Source of the DNA: Utricularia gibba | Taxonomy: Eukaryota; Plantae; Magnoliophyta | Length of the DNA stretch: 64,000 nucleotides | Direction: 5' to 3' | Assembly: GCA_002189035.1 (NCBI GenBank) | Contig: NEEC01000018.1 | Location: forward strand, 2,429,953 to 2,493,952 | Shown here: positions 50,423 to 62,580 of the stretch, piece after piece | Layout of the letters: every line of letters begins with the position of its first letter | How positions within the stretch are numbered: position 1 is the first letter of the stretch | The notes under the pieces: generated by a model | Seen by the model: the letters and a program-made list of their open reading frames with translations, nothing else | Databases searched by the model: none | Told to the model about the DNA's origin: nothing | Translations under genes and position numbers: made by a program

Positions 50423-50844
50423 ACCACTACCGCCGTTGGTCACGCCGTGTCGTTGCCTTGCAAACGGCTGCGGCATGTGTGTTCCGCCCTGATGTTTTTT
50501 GAAGGATATTCTTGAAACTGATTGAGAGTAAGCTTTGAGTTACCTGTTTTCCTTGCTGGTTGTTTGCTTTATCTCTGTTTGTGTATTTCCGTTAATTGTT
50601 ACTTTCTTCAGTTCGAGGGTTTTTTTATGCGGTTTCTCTTTAGTTTTCACTTCAGATAATTTGAGGAAGATGCTGGTTTGTGTAAACTGAAGTGGGTGAG
50701 CAAGGTTCCAGCAGCTTGTGTTTGCTTTCGTAGTGTTTATTTTCTAGACTCACACTCTAGAGCCGGTTTGCACTTTTTTCTTATGCCGGGATGGGTTTTA
50801 GGTGTCTAAAGCTGGCAGTTTGGGTATTAGCACCACTCATGGTT
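50423..50844 (+). repeat. ~420-bp direct repeat, copy 2 (orphan copy of the SPY leader)
   Basis: Near-identical to 42487-42906; begins 98 nt after the EMB2735-like stop codon. Confidence 0.95.
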
Positions 50845-51576
50845 TGAGAGGGTTCTCCTCCGCCTCTTCGCTTTTTCGCTTGGTCCCGATGAAAAGGGGA
50901 GCTTGGTTGTGACGGTGGCAGGAGAAGGTGACTACCATCTCCACATTACGAAGGGTCTAGCGCGGGTTTTACTTACTTTCAAAAAATAAAATGGGAAATA
51001 AAATAAGAATAATTTCAAAAAATAGATAGAATAATGCAAAAAGTATTTTTCTAAAGAATTAGATATTTTATGTATCAATGTATAAATTACAATTTTACTA
51101 TTTATATATTTAAATTAAAATAATTTAAAATCATCAAATAAAATATATAATAAAAATAATCAATGTTTATGTAGAAATCTGAGCTTTGATGTTGGTGTGC
51201 GAAAGGTTTAGATAGACAAGAAGCATGATTGAATAAAATTGACATTATATATTCTGAAAGTACAACTTATTTATAATCCATTTATGATTTACAATACAAA
51301 TTGTAGCAATAGAAAATGGTTTATGTTATGTTTCAAAATTATTAATACTATTGAATGGAAAATAGTAAGTTGAACTTGCCACGCCACACTGTTTTAACTA
51401 ACACGGCATCACAGCAGGTGGTACGTAGAACAATCCACTGATCTTCAACCATCCTTCTTTTCTTGTAATCACTCTCACAAACGACGATCCAATTCCAGCC
51501 CAGCGGGTCGAATGAGAGTCAGCACCAACCATCCTACCTGGTCTCTATCAAAGTGGATACATTGGGCTGACTTGCT

Positions 51577-53432
51577 TCATTCCAATAGTCGCCTGTGCTT
51601 GTACCAGGCAAGCGCAGATACATACAGAAATAGTGTGCCTACGAAGCCTCCTCCCACAGTAAAAAGAAACCTGGTCATTCCATGTTCCTCATCATTGAAA
51701 AGCTCAATCTTGATGTTCATTCCAAAAAGCCCAACAAGAGCAACAAATGCACTCAGTACAAGTGTGGCTGTCATCAGCAACACCCCCATTCTTAGTAGAT
51801 TGTTCTGCTTATCATCCAACATGATGTTGATGTAATCCTCTGTATCGTCCACGTACTCTCGCAGCTGAATACATGGAAAAACCAACAGTAATTTTTAACA
51901 TCATTCCGCAGCAAGGATGTCAGGATACTGTGCATGAGTATGGATTGCTGCATACGTTCGATAGTTTGTTCAGAGTGCCCTCCGTCTGAACAAAGTATGC
52001 TTCCAAGAGCATTTCTAGCTCTTCAACGTCAAATGGCTTAGTAGTTGAACTTTCTGTGCTGCTTTGGGCGTCTCCCTCGGCCTCTGGTGATGCGGGTGAC
52101 CTCTCTTTCCCTTCCATCAGTGGGATCCTGTTGTCATTTTCCAGTTAAACAACAATTTACCCACCTCTATAGCTCAAGAGGGGGTGGAAAAAGGAAAAAA
52201 AAAAAAATAAATAAACGAGGGTCGATTTGTATTGGATTATAGGCATACCCATCATCAGAATCAGGGGAGACATCATCTTCTTCCTTATTCATAGAGCCCT
52301 GATTGGTTATCGGGGAAGCAGAGGAACCCTCGAGCTGCTTCTGCAACTTGTATGTTAGATACATCTCGGCCATATCCGCATCATCGTCCAGCAAGTGCTC
52401 GAGCTCATCTCTCACCTATTGGAGGATGGAAAATCACTATACAAGCAAGCATGCACGGTGTTGAGAAGATGACTAACAAGATTGATGACCTTCTGAACAC
52501 GTCCCGTAATAGCCACCAGTCTGCTTTTGATTTGCCTTACCCGTTCCAAATTGAGCGTACTGATCTTTGAAGTTAGCTTGTCTAGCGCTGGATGAGCTTC
52601 TCTCTCTAACGTTTTCGCCTGGGAGTTAAAAGCAAAGACAATCTGACAAGGTAAGAAAGCAAAGCGAGATTGAATTTCTCATTGGAAGGCCAATTGACTG
52701 ATACTTCGTTTTCCAAGCAACCACAAGCAGCTTCTAAGCACGCCTCCAATGCTACGAACTCGAATGGAAGCAGCTTGGGACCATCCCTCGATTGTTGTGC
52801 CTTGTCAGCATCATCGTCCTCCATGTTTTCGGAAGTAGTCAAAGCTCTTGATCTCGTCGATTCTTCCAATTCGTACAAATCTGTCCAGGTCTGACCTTCG
52901 CCACCTTGCTGGAATATACGTGAATGTATCAGAGTTGACGACATCTCAAATCCGATGCGAAATTAGATGGACTTACCAGCGTAGACTTGGCGGCCTGATT
53001 GTATCTGGAAAGTCTGGTTAGCAACTCGTTGACAAAGGGAAGCACGGAGGGATCTCTCGCGTTGAGGAGGAGCACCTCTTGCGCAGTAATAATGGCCTTG
53101 ATATGCTCCAGATTGATGACAATGGCGCGCTCGCGGCCCAAGACCGTGGACGGATACGTGAACACGGGATCCAGAATCCGAAGGTCACGGGCGGGCAACC
53201 CCGTCCGCCTCATGATGGCGTATTTTCCGGCCTCCACCAATTCCGATTGGCCGGATGGATCTAGCACCAGCCAAGTCCTCAGTCCAGCCGACTTCTTCCG
53301 ATTTCCACCGGCAATGCCCGCTGCTAGGGGACGAAGGAGCGTTTCCCCTGGGACAGCGACGTCATCGTCCCTCGGGATTGGCGGCGGTGGCTGTTTGCCT
53401 GGAGGGTTAGGGTTAGGGATGTTGCCCCTCAT
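51577..53432 (-). CDS. MRS2-3: Magnesium transporter MRS2-3 / MGT4-like (CorA family)
   Basis: RTGLPARDLRILDP..TVLGRERAIVINLEHIKAIITA, LPFEFVALEACL, LLDDDADMAEMYLT, ELEMLLEAYF, LFGMN signature and two TM helices. Confidence 0.93.
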
Positions 53433-53941
53433 GCTTAGCCTGGTGAAGTTCCTGGATTTTGCATCTCAAGGACACACTTGTCGAGTCGAGTCGATGAGAT
53501 AAATCAAACCCAGCCGCGGTACTTCCGGCAATAGTTTGTGCGTTTCTAGGAGTGTCGTAGATTTAACATTTGTTTTAACTGCTCTTTATTACTAACTGTA
53601 CTGCAATTTTTATGTATTTTACAACCAAAAGCATAATATTTAAAAATAAGAAGAAAAAAAAACAGATACACCAGCACAGGTTAAGATTCCGAAACCGGGA
53701 CATCAAGCTTTCCGTTTCAAAATAACCGATTGTTTTTGTTTTTGATGAGGCTAAGAAAAAACAGAGATTGGCTTTTTCGGGTTACTGCGATCCACTTATC
53801 TTTGTGAATTGTCCCCACTCGCTTTTCGCTTTCTGTTTTCTGGGACTCTTTGCTAAGGCCTTCTCCCACCTCGCCATTTTTTACCTTGCTCACTTAAATC
53901 CGACTCACGGCTACTCTTCGCATATTCAAGCTGTTAGTCAT

Positions 53942-55140
53942 GGTTCAGGAGGATCCAGTGTCGTGGGTGTAAGTGTTGACGATGGCTGGTTTGTCGATTT
54001 CTTGTTCTAAACTTCGATTCGTTGTCATTTTTTTGGTAGTTTCTTGGTGATATGCAAATGGATCATTGTTATTAATTTTTTTTTTCAAGTTTATGCTGTC
54101 TGTAGGAAGCAGATGGGGCTTTTAGTTTTTAACGCGATATGGATCATTTCAGAGCTTTGATTGATAGGTTTAATTTGACTACACTAATGAGTCGCTTCCA
54201 TAGTTTGATGCCTTTTTAATATTATTTATCAGATGGGACTTTGATGAAACCGAAGAAAAAACTTAGTCTGGCATGAGGATGGGTTCACAGAGTCTTGATG
54301 AACTCAGCTTTCATGTCGATCAAATTCAGCACCTTCCGGTATTACCATTATAGTTCATGCTGAGCAGAAAGGTTTAATTTTTTTTTTTTCATATATTGTC
54401 TGTTTTAATTTCTAATTAGGGGCTGTCATTCGAACTTAGCTTCGTGAAGTTAGTTTGATGGCAACATCGGTGAGATCCTAGTGGCTCTTGTACGTTCACC
54501 CAGCATATCATTGATTCTGGTGGAATATATAGAATCAAGGGGTGCATTTGTTTTAGGTCCGTTGCGTATCTCCAGATTGCTGCTTTTTTTTTTCGCAGTC
54601 CCTAGGAATTTCAGGTTGCTGGAGGAACTTGACCGTGGGGAGAAGGGAATTGGGGATGAGACAGTGAGTTATGGCATGGATGATGGTGATGATATATACA
54701 TGCGGTCCTGGACAGGCGCCATCTAGGTCCTCACAATGTATGTAATCTCAACTATTCGTTTTATATTTATGTGGAGAATGGCAATTATGGTTGGATTCGT
54801 TTATGTTCGGGTCTGATGAGATATCCTTCCTTTCAGTCTGTGCATGAAGGGCGAGTTGACGCTATACTGCGACAAAGATTGCCAAGAGAAGTCTCCTGGC
54901 GTTCGTTTCCATTCACGGACTAACATAGGCTGCGTAAGCCAGAAAACTGGTGAGGTATGGAAGAAAATCCTTTTTCCCCATCTTCTGGAGATTATGTGGT
55001 ATTTTCTGCCTGGCACATTTAGGCGTTTCTGACTCATAATCCGCACAGGTGGAAGCAAAGAAATTTGGGGTTCTAGCAAATTAGCAGCGTGAATACACGA
55101 TAGAAGACATACTAATGCATATGAAGAAAGAGATGGGCGT
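53942..55140 (+). pseudogene. UEV1: Ubiquitin-conjugating enzyme variant UEV1 (C/D type) pseudogene retaining introns
   Basis: GSGGSSVV|[30 protein letters not shown], but: no in-frame ATG at the expected site, a 1-nt deletion (ATC TAG GTC), a ~7-nt deletion after HEGR, TGG-to-TAG at 55082-55084 and several non-conservative changes. Confidence 0.9.
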
Positions 55141-55588
55141 ACTCTCGTGGTCGGCCATGCTCATGGGAATTTGAGTAGAGTTGCTTGGAAAGTGGACAAA
55201 AAATGATAAAACTAGTCATTCTCATTTAGTTTTTTGCTATTCTTTTAAAAAGTTTCAATATTAATTTACGTTAATATTTATTATATGTATTGAAATTGCA
55301 AATGTGATTCGTGCATATTAACAAAATACTCGACAGGAAAACGTTGATTTACTTCCGTACACACTCATTTATGCCCCAAGGTTCCAGATTGAGCAATCCA
55401 GGAAAAACAGATGAATTTTTGAGAACGGTCTCTGTTACGCAGCGATACAAGAGAAGGAACCAAATTGACGAATTAACAAAAGGCGGGCTAGTATACACTC
55501 CGATGAAGTTATGAATTGCTTTTTGCGTAAGCTCCACTCAAGACTCTACCATAACTGATGTCCCTCCCCGTTCTCGTCATACTCATTC

Positions 55589-57560
55589 TCAACGGTATCT
55601 GTTCCGATCCCTGTCTCTGTTGCGTTCCCGATCATGTTCCCTGCTACGACTATCATATACATTATCTCGATCTCTTTCTCTCTGCCTGCTTCGATGCCTA
55701 TCCATTTCCATTTCATCAGCAAGATATTGTCTCTTCTCCTTGCTCCTTTCTCTGATGGCACGTTCACCTGCATTTCCAAACGTCGACAAAGTTCAACAGT
55801 GCAGGATATAGCAATAAAAGAGCGCTATGATCGCAAGTTCTGATTGACGCTGGAATGGCACATGAAATACATGCTCCTCAAGTAAATGGGCCAATACTAT
55901 AGATGAACAGAGGCACATACCCATTTCCTCAACCTTCCACCCCTCACGCCCAACACCAGGCAACCCCAAGGCTGACTCAGCTTGCTGGGTCTTTGCACGA
56001 AACTTTTTCTTAAGATTGCCAAACTCATCGTACATTTCACCATCATCCTGAGAAAATAAAATTTTTGCACTCACTGTTCCACATTATATTCATCAAAAGT
56101 ATAGTAAGGACAGAATTGCTACTTCTTCAGCCCCCTTCGACGCCGTTTTGTCTCTTCTATTTCTTCTTCATCCAGTTCTTTGTAGCCTCCTCCACGGCCT
56201 CCTCTGTTCCAGAAATTACAGCACTAAAATGTGAGAAATCAACTAACACCTTGCATAATCTCAACAACAAAAAAAAAAAAAAAAAAATGAAAGAGAAAAA
56301 AAGTGAGAAAGCCAGCCATTAAAATAAAAAAAATAGCTCAGACACAAATTTCATTAAGATACTTCTCTGATCACAATAAAAGACAAAGCAGTACCGATAT
56401 CACAATTCATAAATAAAAACAACTCCTACCTAACACCTCCATCACTAAGTCCAGGTTTGCTGGTGTTGCAGATGTTGCACTTCGTGCGCTTAGCCCAATT
56501 AATGTTTCCGCACCTAATTGAGTACATTAAAACAACTATGAATGCAAAAGCTACACAAATATGCATCGAGCAGCCAATATAAAGCAGCACAACATCTAAT
56601 CCAATAATGAAATTTCAAAACAAACAAATAGCAACTCCAGATAAATTTTTACATTGGGCAAGGCCAGTCGTTTGGCCCAAATAGTCCACCTCCTGTAGCA
56701 CCAACTGAACGACTAAGGCCTACTGAATCAAGTCCACCACGCCCCCTTCCCCGCCCAGCAGCCATGCCACCTCCAGATGCACCAGCAGGGCGTGCTGTTC
56801 CGCATCGGTTGCAGACACCTCTAAAAGCAAAATTCACATTGCCACAGCTGTTTTCCACCAGAAAGTCAGAATATGATGCAATAAATTTCCAAGTTATTCA
56901 CGAAATGGTCTGTAAGAGCAGGACTTGGCAGCTCACCAATAATCACATCACAGACCTTGTATTCGGGCACAACCAATCTCCTTCTTGTTGCCATGCTTTG
57001 ACCAGAGGATCACCTCTACCCCTACCTCTTCCTCCGGCACCATTTGCATCCCCTGATCCGTCTTCAAGGCATTCGGGTTCCCCGCTTGTCAACGTATCGC
57101 CAGCATGATCTTTTTGCTTTGACTCAGCAAGAAATACCCCAATTTTAGTTCCATGGAAATCCTTGTCATGAAACCACTCAACAGCCGCCAAGGCAGCATG
57201 AGGATCCTCATACGTGATAGTGGCATCCCCTTGGGCTCATTCGTCACTTTGTCATGATATATCCATATCTTAGGGCGCCCGCTACGTTTATCCTTCTGTT
57301 TAGCAAAAAAAAACGATGTACTTCAGAGAGAAACCGCCGTCAAGATGAAGCACGCACAACGCATACAAAGATGAATAGCACAAACACACTTAATCAGGGT
57401 TGTTCCGATGAGCTGCATCCACATACCAATAGAATCATACCTTCAGCAAGCCAATGGTACCGAAGTGCTCAGCCAACATATTTTCATCAGTCCCATCAGG
57501 CAAATTACAGACGTAAACAGATCCATTCGTCGGAGCTCCTTTTCCGGTATAATTCGCCAT
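55589..57560 (-). CDS. TAF15: TBP-associated factor 15 (RRM plus RanBP2 zinc fingers); apparent 1-nt deletion at 56131-56135
   Basis: [91 protein letters not shown]; matches recalled At1g50300. Confidence 0.92.
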
Positions 57561-57899
57561 TCAGCTCAAATATCATCAACAGACAAAGCACAAGCAGCAA
57601 CCGAAGAACTTAATCAAATACTTGATTCCGAAACCTAATCAAGATTCCCAAAACGAAACTGACTCAACAGAGATCGAAGCAAAGAAGAGAAACCTAATAA
57701 CAATCAAAATACGTTTCCGTGAATGTATCCTTGATAGAAAAAGAAAGATATACTAGGGGCATACCTGATCTCGCCGACGGCTAAGCCCCGCCTTTGCTGC
57801 AGAACTCACGCAGAAGGTTATGCGACTGAATAACAGGGCTCATGATTTCCCAGGGCAAACAACCCGATTCCGGCGAGGCTATTTTCATCTTTCATTATT

Positions 57900-57933
57900 T
57901 GGGCCCTAACCCTATTAAATGACCACCAGCCCA
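57900..57933. promoter_or_regulatory. Site II (TGGGCY) elements plus a telo-box-like AACCCTA in the TAF15/DGD1 divergent promoter
   Basis: TGGGCC at 57900, AACCCTA at 57908, AGCCCA at 57928. The site II/telo-box pairing is known in plant housekeeping promoters, but the motifs are short. Confidence 0.35.
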
Positions 57934-58529
57934 TTTTATCGACCCATGATTGGTTAAAGTTACGTATTTTTTGAATAACGCTCCAAGGTATCCATGCTAT
58001 TTTGACTTCTTTGTAACCAGAACTTTCAAGTAGTGTTTGAAATGCAGCCGCAGGCTCTAGAGAACCTCAAAATTTTTAAGCTCTGTTTAGCAATGTTTAT
58101 GTTTCACGAAAAAAATCTTCATAAGTTAATACATCAATTTTTAAATTTTTGTAATGTATTTATGTATTTTCATGAGGCAATACGTCACTTTGGGGTTCAT
58201 GAGGCAAAATTGCTTTTTTCCAAGTGGCTTAAGGAGGTTCACACAAAACTAACACTAAAAATTCCAGACCAAGTATAAGCCTCGGGCCGATCCGAATTAT
58301 TTGAGAGCGAATTCCGGTAGCCAACCATTTGTTGCCGCGTTTGATACGTGAGAAATCTACACACCGCAAAAAGGGGGCAAATGCCGAATAGATCCCACAG
58401 TTTAGCCCTCCAAATATTCACGGAGCTTCCTTCGTCACACTTCCCGGTTCCCTTCGTCGGCAAATTCAGCGCCCCATATGCGCTAGTATATACAGGAGAA
58501 TAAAGAGGAAGTTGCCGTCGAAGCCCAGG

Positions 58530-61500
58530 ATGAATTTCAAGGCGCCGGAGGCGCGTGCCGTAGCCAATACGACGGCCTCTGCATCGAGTGGTTCGATCGT
58601 GACGGCAGAGAAAGCGCTTTCATTCATATCCAAGGGGTGGCATGAAGTCCGCTCCTCAGCTGACGCTGATATACAGCTGCTTAAAACCCGAGCCAACTCC
58701 TTCAAGAATCTTGCTGATAGAGAACTCGAGAATTTCCTCAACTCGGCAACGAGATCGCCTTTCAATGTCCCGACCCTTACCGCGTCCGCCACTTCTAATC
58801 CATACCTTCCCGCGGAAATTGACTTTGTTAAGAGACTTCAGCCCAAGCTATCTGAATTCAGGAGAGCCTACTCATCGCCGGATTTCAAGTTTAATCCGCG
58901 GGCAAAGATTAAGATTGATCTATCCGCAATAAAAAACGCGATTGTTTCAGAGGTAGCCGTCAAAAATGATATCAACAATGAGGATGCTTTCAGAAAATGG
59001 AAGAGAATCAAGTTCAAGGAGAAGGAGAAAGAGGATGGGCAGTTTGCGGAGTTCTGGGAACCCATTAAGACGTTAAAATCGAGATTGATGGAACTGGAGC
59101 AGAAAAGCTCCGGCGAAATTTTTGAAGGAATTAGGAATAGTGAGATTTTCGAGAAACTCAAGTCGAGCCTGGTAGGTGGCTCTTTTGAAGGGATCTGTCG
59201 ATTTTATATTATCACTGTGCTTGTTAGCTTAATTTATGCGGATTATAGTTGTGTATTTGCATTGATGTTTCCTGTCTTGGAATTGTGTTTGCAGAAAGCG
59301 ATTTGCAAGGATCCCAGTGAATCAAAGGTTAGCTTATGCGTATATACTGGCATGCCAAAGTTTGATAGTTGCTCTTGTCTCTGGCCCCTTCTCGCTTCCA
59401 TCACTCATTGTTTTTGGGTTACCGTATTTAGATTGCATGAGTCATTTTATGGAACGTCCAAAGTCGTATAAGGACATTGAAAGTTCTGAGTCTATCCTTA
59501 CTATTTGTATTTCCCTCTCTTTTCAGGAAGTGCTTCCTCTGGATGTCCCTGAACTGCTCGCATGTTTGGTTAGGCAGTCTAGCCCCCTACTTGGTCAGCT
59601 GGGCATTGATAGAGGTATGCATCAGCCCCTTCCGGTTGTCCATTGGGCTGCCTTTGACCTCTTAATTTTCTTGCTTGGCTCTTCTTCTTCTACCTGCCCT
59701 CTTTCTTTTAAGTGTTGATGCTCAAGCCTCCATATGAAATGTTTTGTGGTACGTTTAGATTGTGTGTAAAAATATTTCCGCATTTTATGATTTGAATCAT
59801 ATACAGTTCAGGAAAAACTTATCTCAACCCAGTGGAGTAGGAATTTTTGTTGCTGTTTTTCTGTTTTTATGTTCTCACATGGAAGGCTCCAGAAGTGTTT
59901 TGTATCATTTTCTATGTGAAAACCGTTGTTCAAAAGATTGTAACACCCATAATACTATTAACTTATGCAAAAAGCCCAATTCATCCAATGTAAAATTTTG
60001 TGGCTCCATGCTAGGTATACCTGAAAAGATTATAGAAAACTTGTGCAACAAACGCAAAAGCCATCTCCTAGCTCCTGGGGGGGAGTTGTCCATGACTGAA
60101 AATGAAAACCTCAATGATGATTTAGACTCAAGAGTTGCCAGTGTTCTTCAGAGTACTGGTCACTGTCATGAAGGAACCTTTTGGAGTGACATTGGAAATC
60201 ATGATATGGTGGACAAAAAGAGGCATGTGGCCATAGTCACCACTGCTAGCCTTCCATGGATGACAGGAACAGCTGTAAACCCATTGTTCCGAGCAGCATA
60301 TTTAGCAAAATCTGCTGAGCAGGATGTCACTCTGTTGGTTCCATGGCTTTCCAAAACCGATCAAGAGCGTGTTTATCCCAGCAATCTCACTTTTAGTTCA
60401 CCCGAGGATCAGGAAATCTATATACGCAATTGGCTCGAGGAAAGGGTTGGCTTTAAGGTCAACTTCAAGATATCATTTTACCCAGGAAAGGTAATTTCTG
60501 TGTTATATTTTGGTTTCTGAAAGTTCCTTCCGAGATATGTTGAATGCTTGCGCATTGCTGTGATGAAAGAACGGATTAAAGATTTCTTATTGTCATTTGA
60601 TTAAAAGGAGTGCGAGAACACTGGTTTGTTCTCTGATATTCAATCGTTTTCCATCTCTTCCCTTATAAAGACTACTGTGTTTGCTGTGCCTTTCGGACTG
60701 ACTTTTTCACTTTTGCATAGTTTTCCCAATCAAGGCGCAGTATAATACCAGCTGGTGACACCTCTCAGTTCATATCATCAAAGGATGCTGACATTGCGAT
60801 CCTGGAAGAGCCAGAACATTTGAACTGGTACCATCATGGTAAACGCTGGACTGATAAGTTTAACCATGTTGTTGGTATAGTTCACACAAACTACTTGGAG
60901 TATATCAAGAGAGAAAGGAATGGCGCTCTCCAAGCGTTTTTTGTCAAGCACATAAACAATTGGGTTGTCAAGGCTTACTGTCACAAGGTGAGAGTATCTT
61001 TGTCGGCGTTGTCTTGATTCCCTTTCATGGTTGAGATTTCTGCTATTCAATTAGATGTTGTAATTGAATAGGTGCTTCGTTTATCTGCTGCCACACAAGA
61101 TCTGCCCAAGTCTGTGATCTGCAATGTCCATGGTGTGAATCCAAAGTTTTTAAAGATAGGAGAAAAGATAGCGGCAGAAAAGGAGCGTGGGGAGCGATCT
61201 TTCTCCAAGGGAGCATATTTCCTTGGCAAGATGGTATGGGCCAAAGGGTATAAAGAGCTGATCGATTTGCTATCGAAACACAAAAGGGATCTCGATGACT
61301 TTAATTTGGATGTATACGGAAATGGAGAGGATTCTCATGAAGTTCAGAGCACTGCAAAAAGGCTAAACTTGAATATTAACTTCATGAGAGGCCGAGATCA
61401 TGCTGATGATTCTTTACACGGGTAAATGAGTACCTTTTATTTTACCTATTCATTGCAGCGCTATGATGACGAGAAGTAGTTCATGTTTCCGATTCACACC

Positions 61501-62062
61501 AATGACCCATTGATTAATTTGGTGCAGATATAAGGTATTTATCAATCCAAGTGTTAGCGACGTGCTGTGCACAGCTACCGCAGAGGCACTTGCAATGGGA
61601 AAGTTCGTGGTGTGCGCTGACCACCCTTCGAATGATTTCTTCAGGGCTTTCCCGAACTGTCTAACGTACAAGACTCCAGAAGACTTTGTTGCCAAAGTAA
61701 AAGAAGCTATGGAGGGTGAACCAGAGCCACTGACGCCGGAGCAGCAATACAGCCTTTCTTGGGAAGCAGCCACCCAGAGATTCATGGAAAGTTCGGACCT
61801 TGACAAGATTTTGAAGAATCCTCCTCCTGGCACCATTGTTGGTAGGAAGAGCAAGTCTCCATTGATGAAATCAACCTCCTTACCCAATCTCAACACAATG
61901 GTGGATGGTGGATTGGCCTTTGCGCATTACTGTCTCACTGGAAACGAGTTCCTCAGGCTCTGTACAGGTGCCATCCCAGGAACAAGGGATTACAATAAGC
62001 AGCACGTCAAGGATCTTCATCTCTTGCCTCCCCAAGTGGAAAACCCTGTGTATGGTTGGTAG
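58530..62062 (+). CDS. DGD1: Digalactosyldiacylglycerol synthase 1
   Basis: Long N-terminal extension, [98 protein letters not shown]. Confidence 0.96.
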
Positions 62063-62580
62063 ATCGAGCATGGATTTAGGAATTCTGTAAGACGTTAACC
62101 CGGAGATCGGGTAAGTTTCTTGTTTAAACAGGCAACCTAGTATGGCAATCTTTATATGACAAGTTCCCCGGGTGTACAAAAGTTACCCTAACATCAACAA
62201 AAGGCCATGTCCCTTGGGTACGTTCGGTTAGGCTGTTTGCACGGGTTTCCACATGCATTTTAATGACATCGCATATCTGGAATATTTTGCATAATTTTGC
62301 TGAAATCTGGAACCATTTTCCAAGGACTCTCATGGAAGTTGGAAAATGCATCGCACATATGGTATACATTAGTTGCCCATGGCATGCAATTTTTGCTTTT
62401 ATCCCTTGTTATACAAGTCATGGCACTCAATTATATTTGTAAATTTCTCTTCTATCTCTTGAGAAGTCATCACATTAAATTTTATTTGGATAATGGAGAT
62501 GCATATTGATATTTCATAATGTTTGACTTTTATTTCTTTGACATTTTCAGTTTTGAATCTTATGATTTAGATTTTAGTGT

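Noticed and set aside
42487-50844. Direct repeats as LTRs of a retroelement
   Set aside because: Termini are ACC..GTT rather than TG..CA, flanks (gaaag / tgaga) give no target-site duplication, no PBS, PPT, gag or pol is present, and the interior is ordinary host genes.
50990-51400. Very AT-rich tract as a MITE or Helitron
   Set aside because: No terminal inverted repeats, target-site duplication or hairpin-CTRR end was visible.
53404-53418. GGGTTAGGGTTAGGG as an interstitial vertebrate-type telomere
   Set aside because: About two units inside the MRS2-3 coding sequence (encodes PNPNP); expected by chance. The same applies to the short motif in the SPY intron near 43563.
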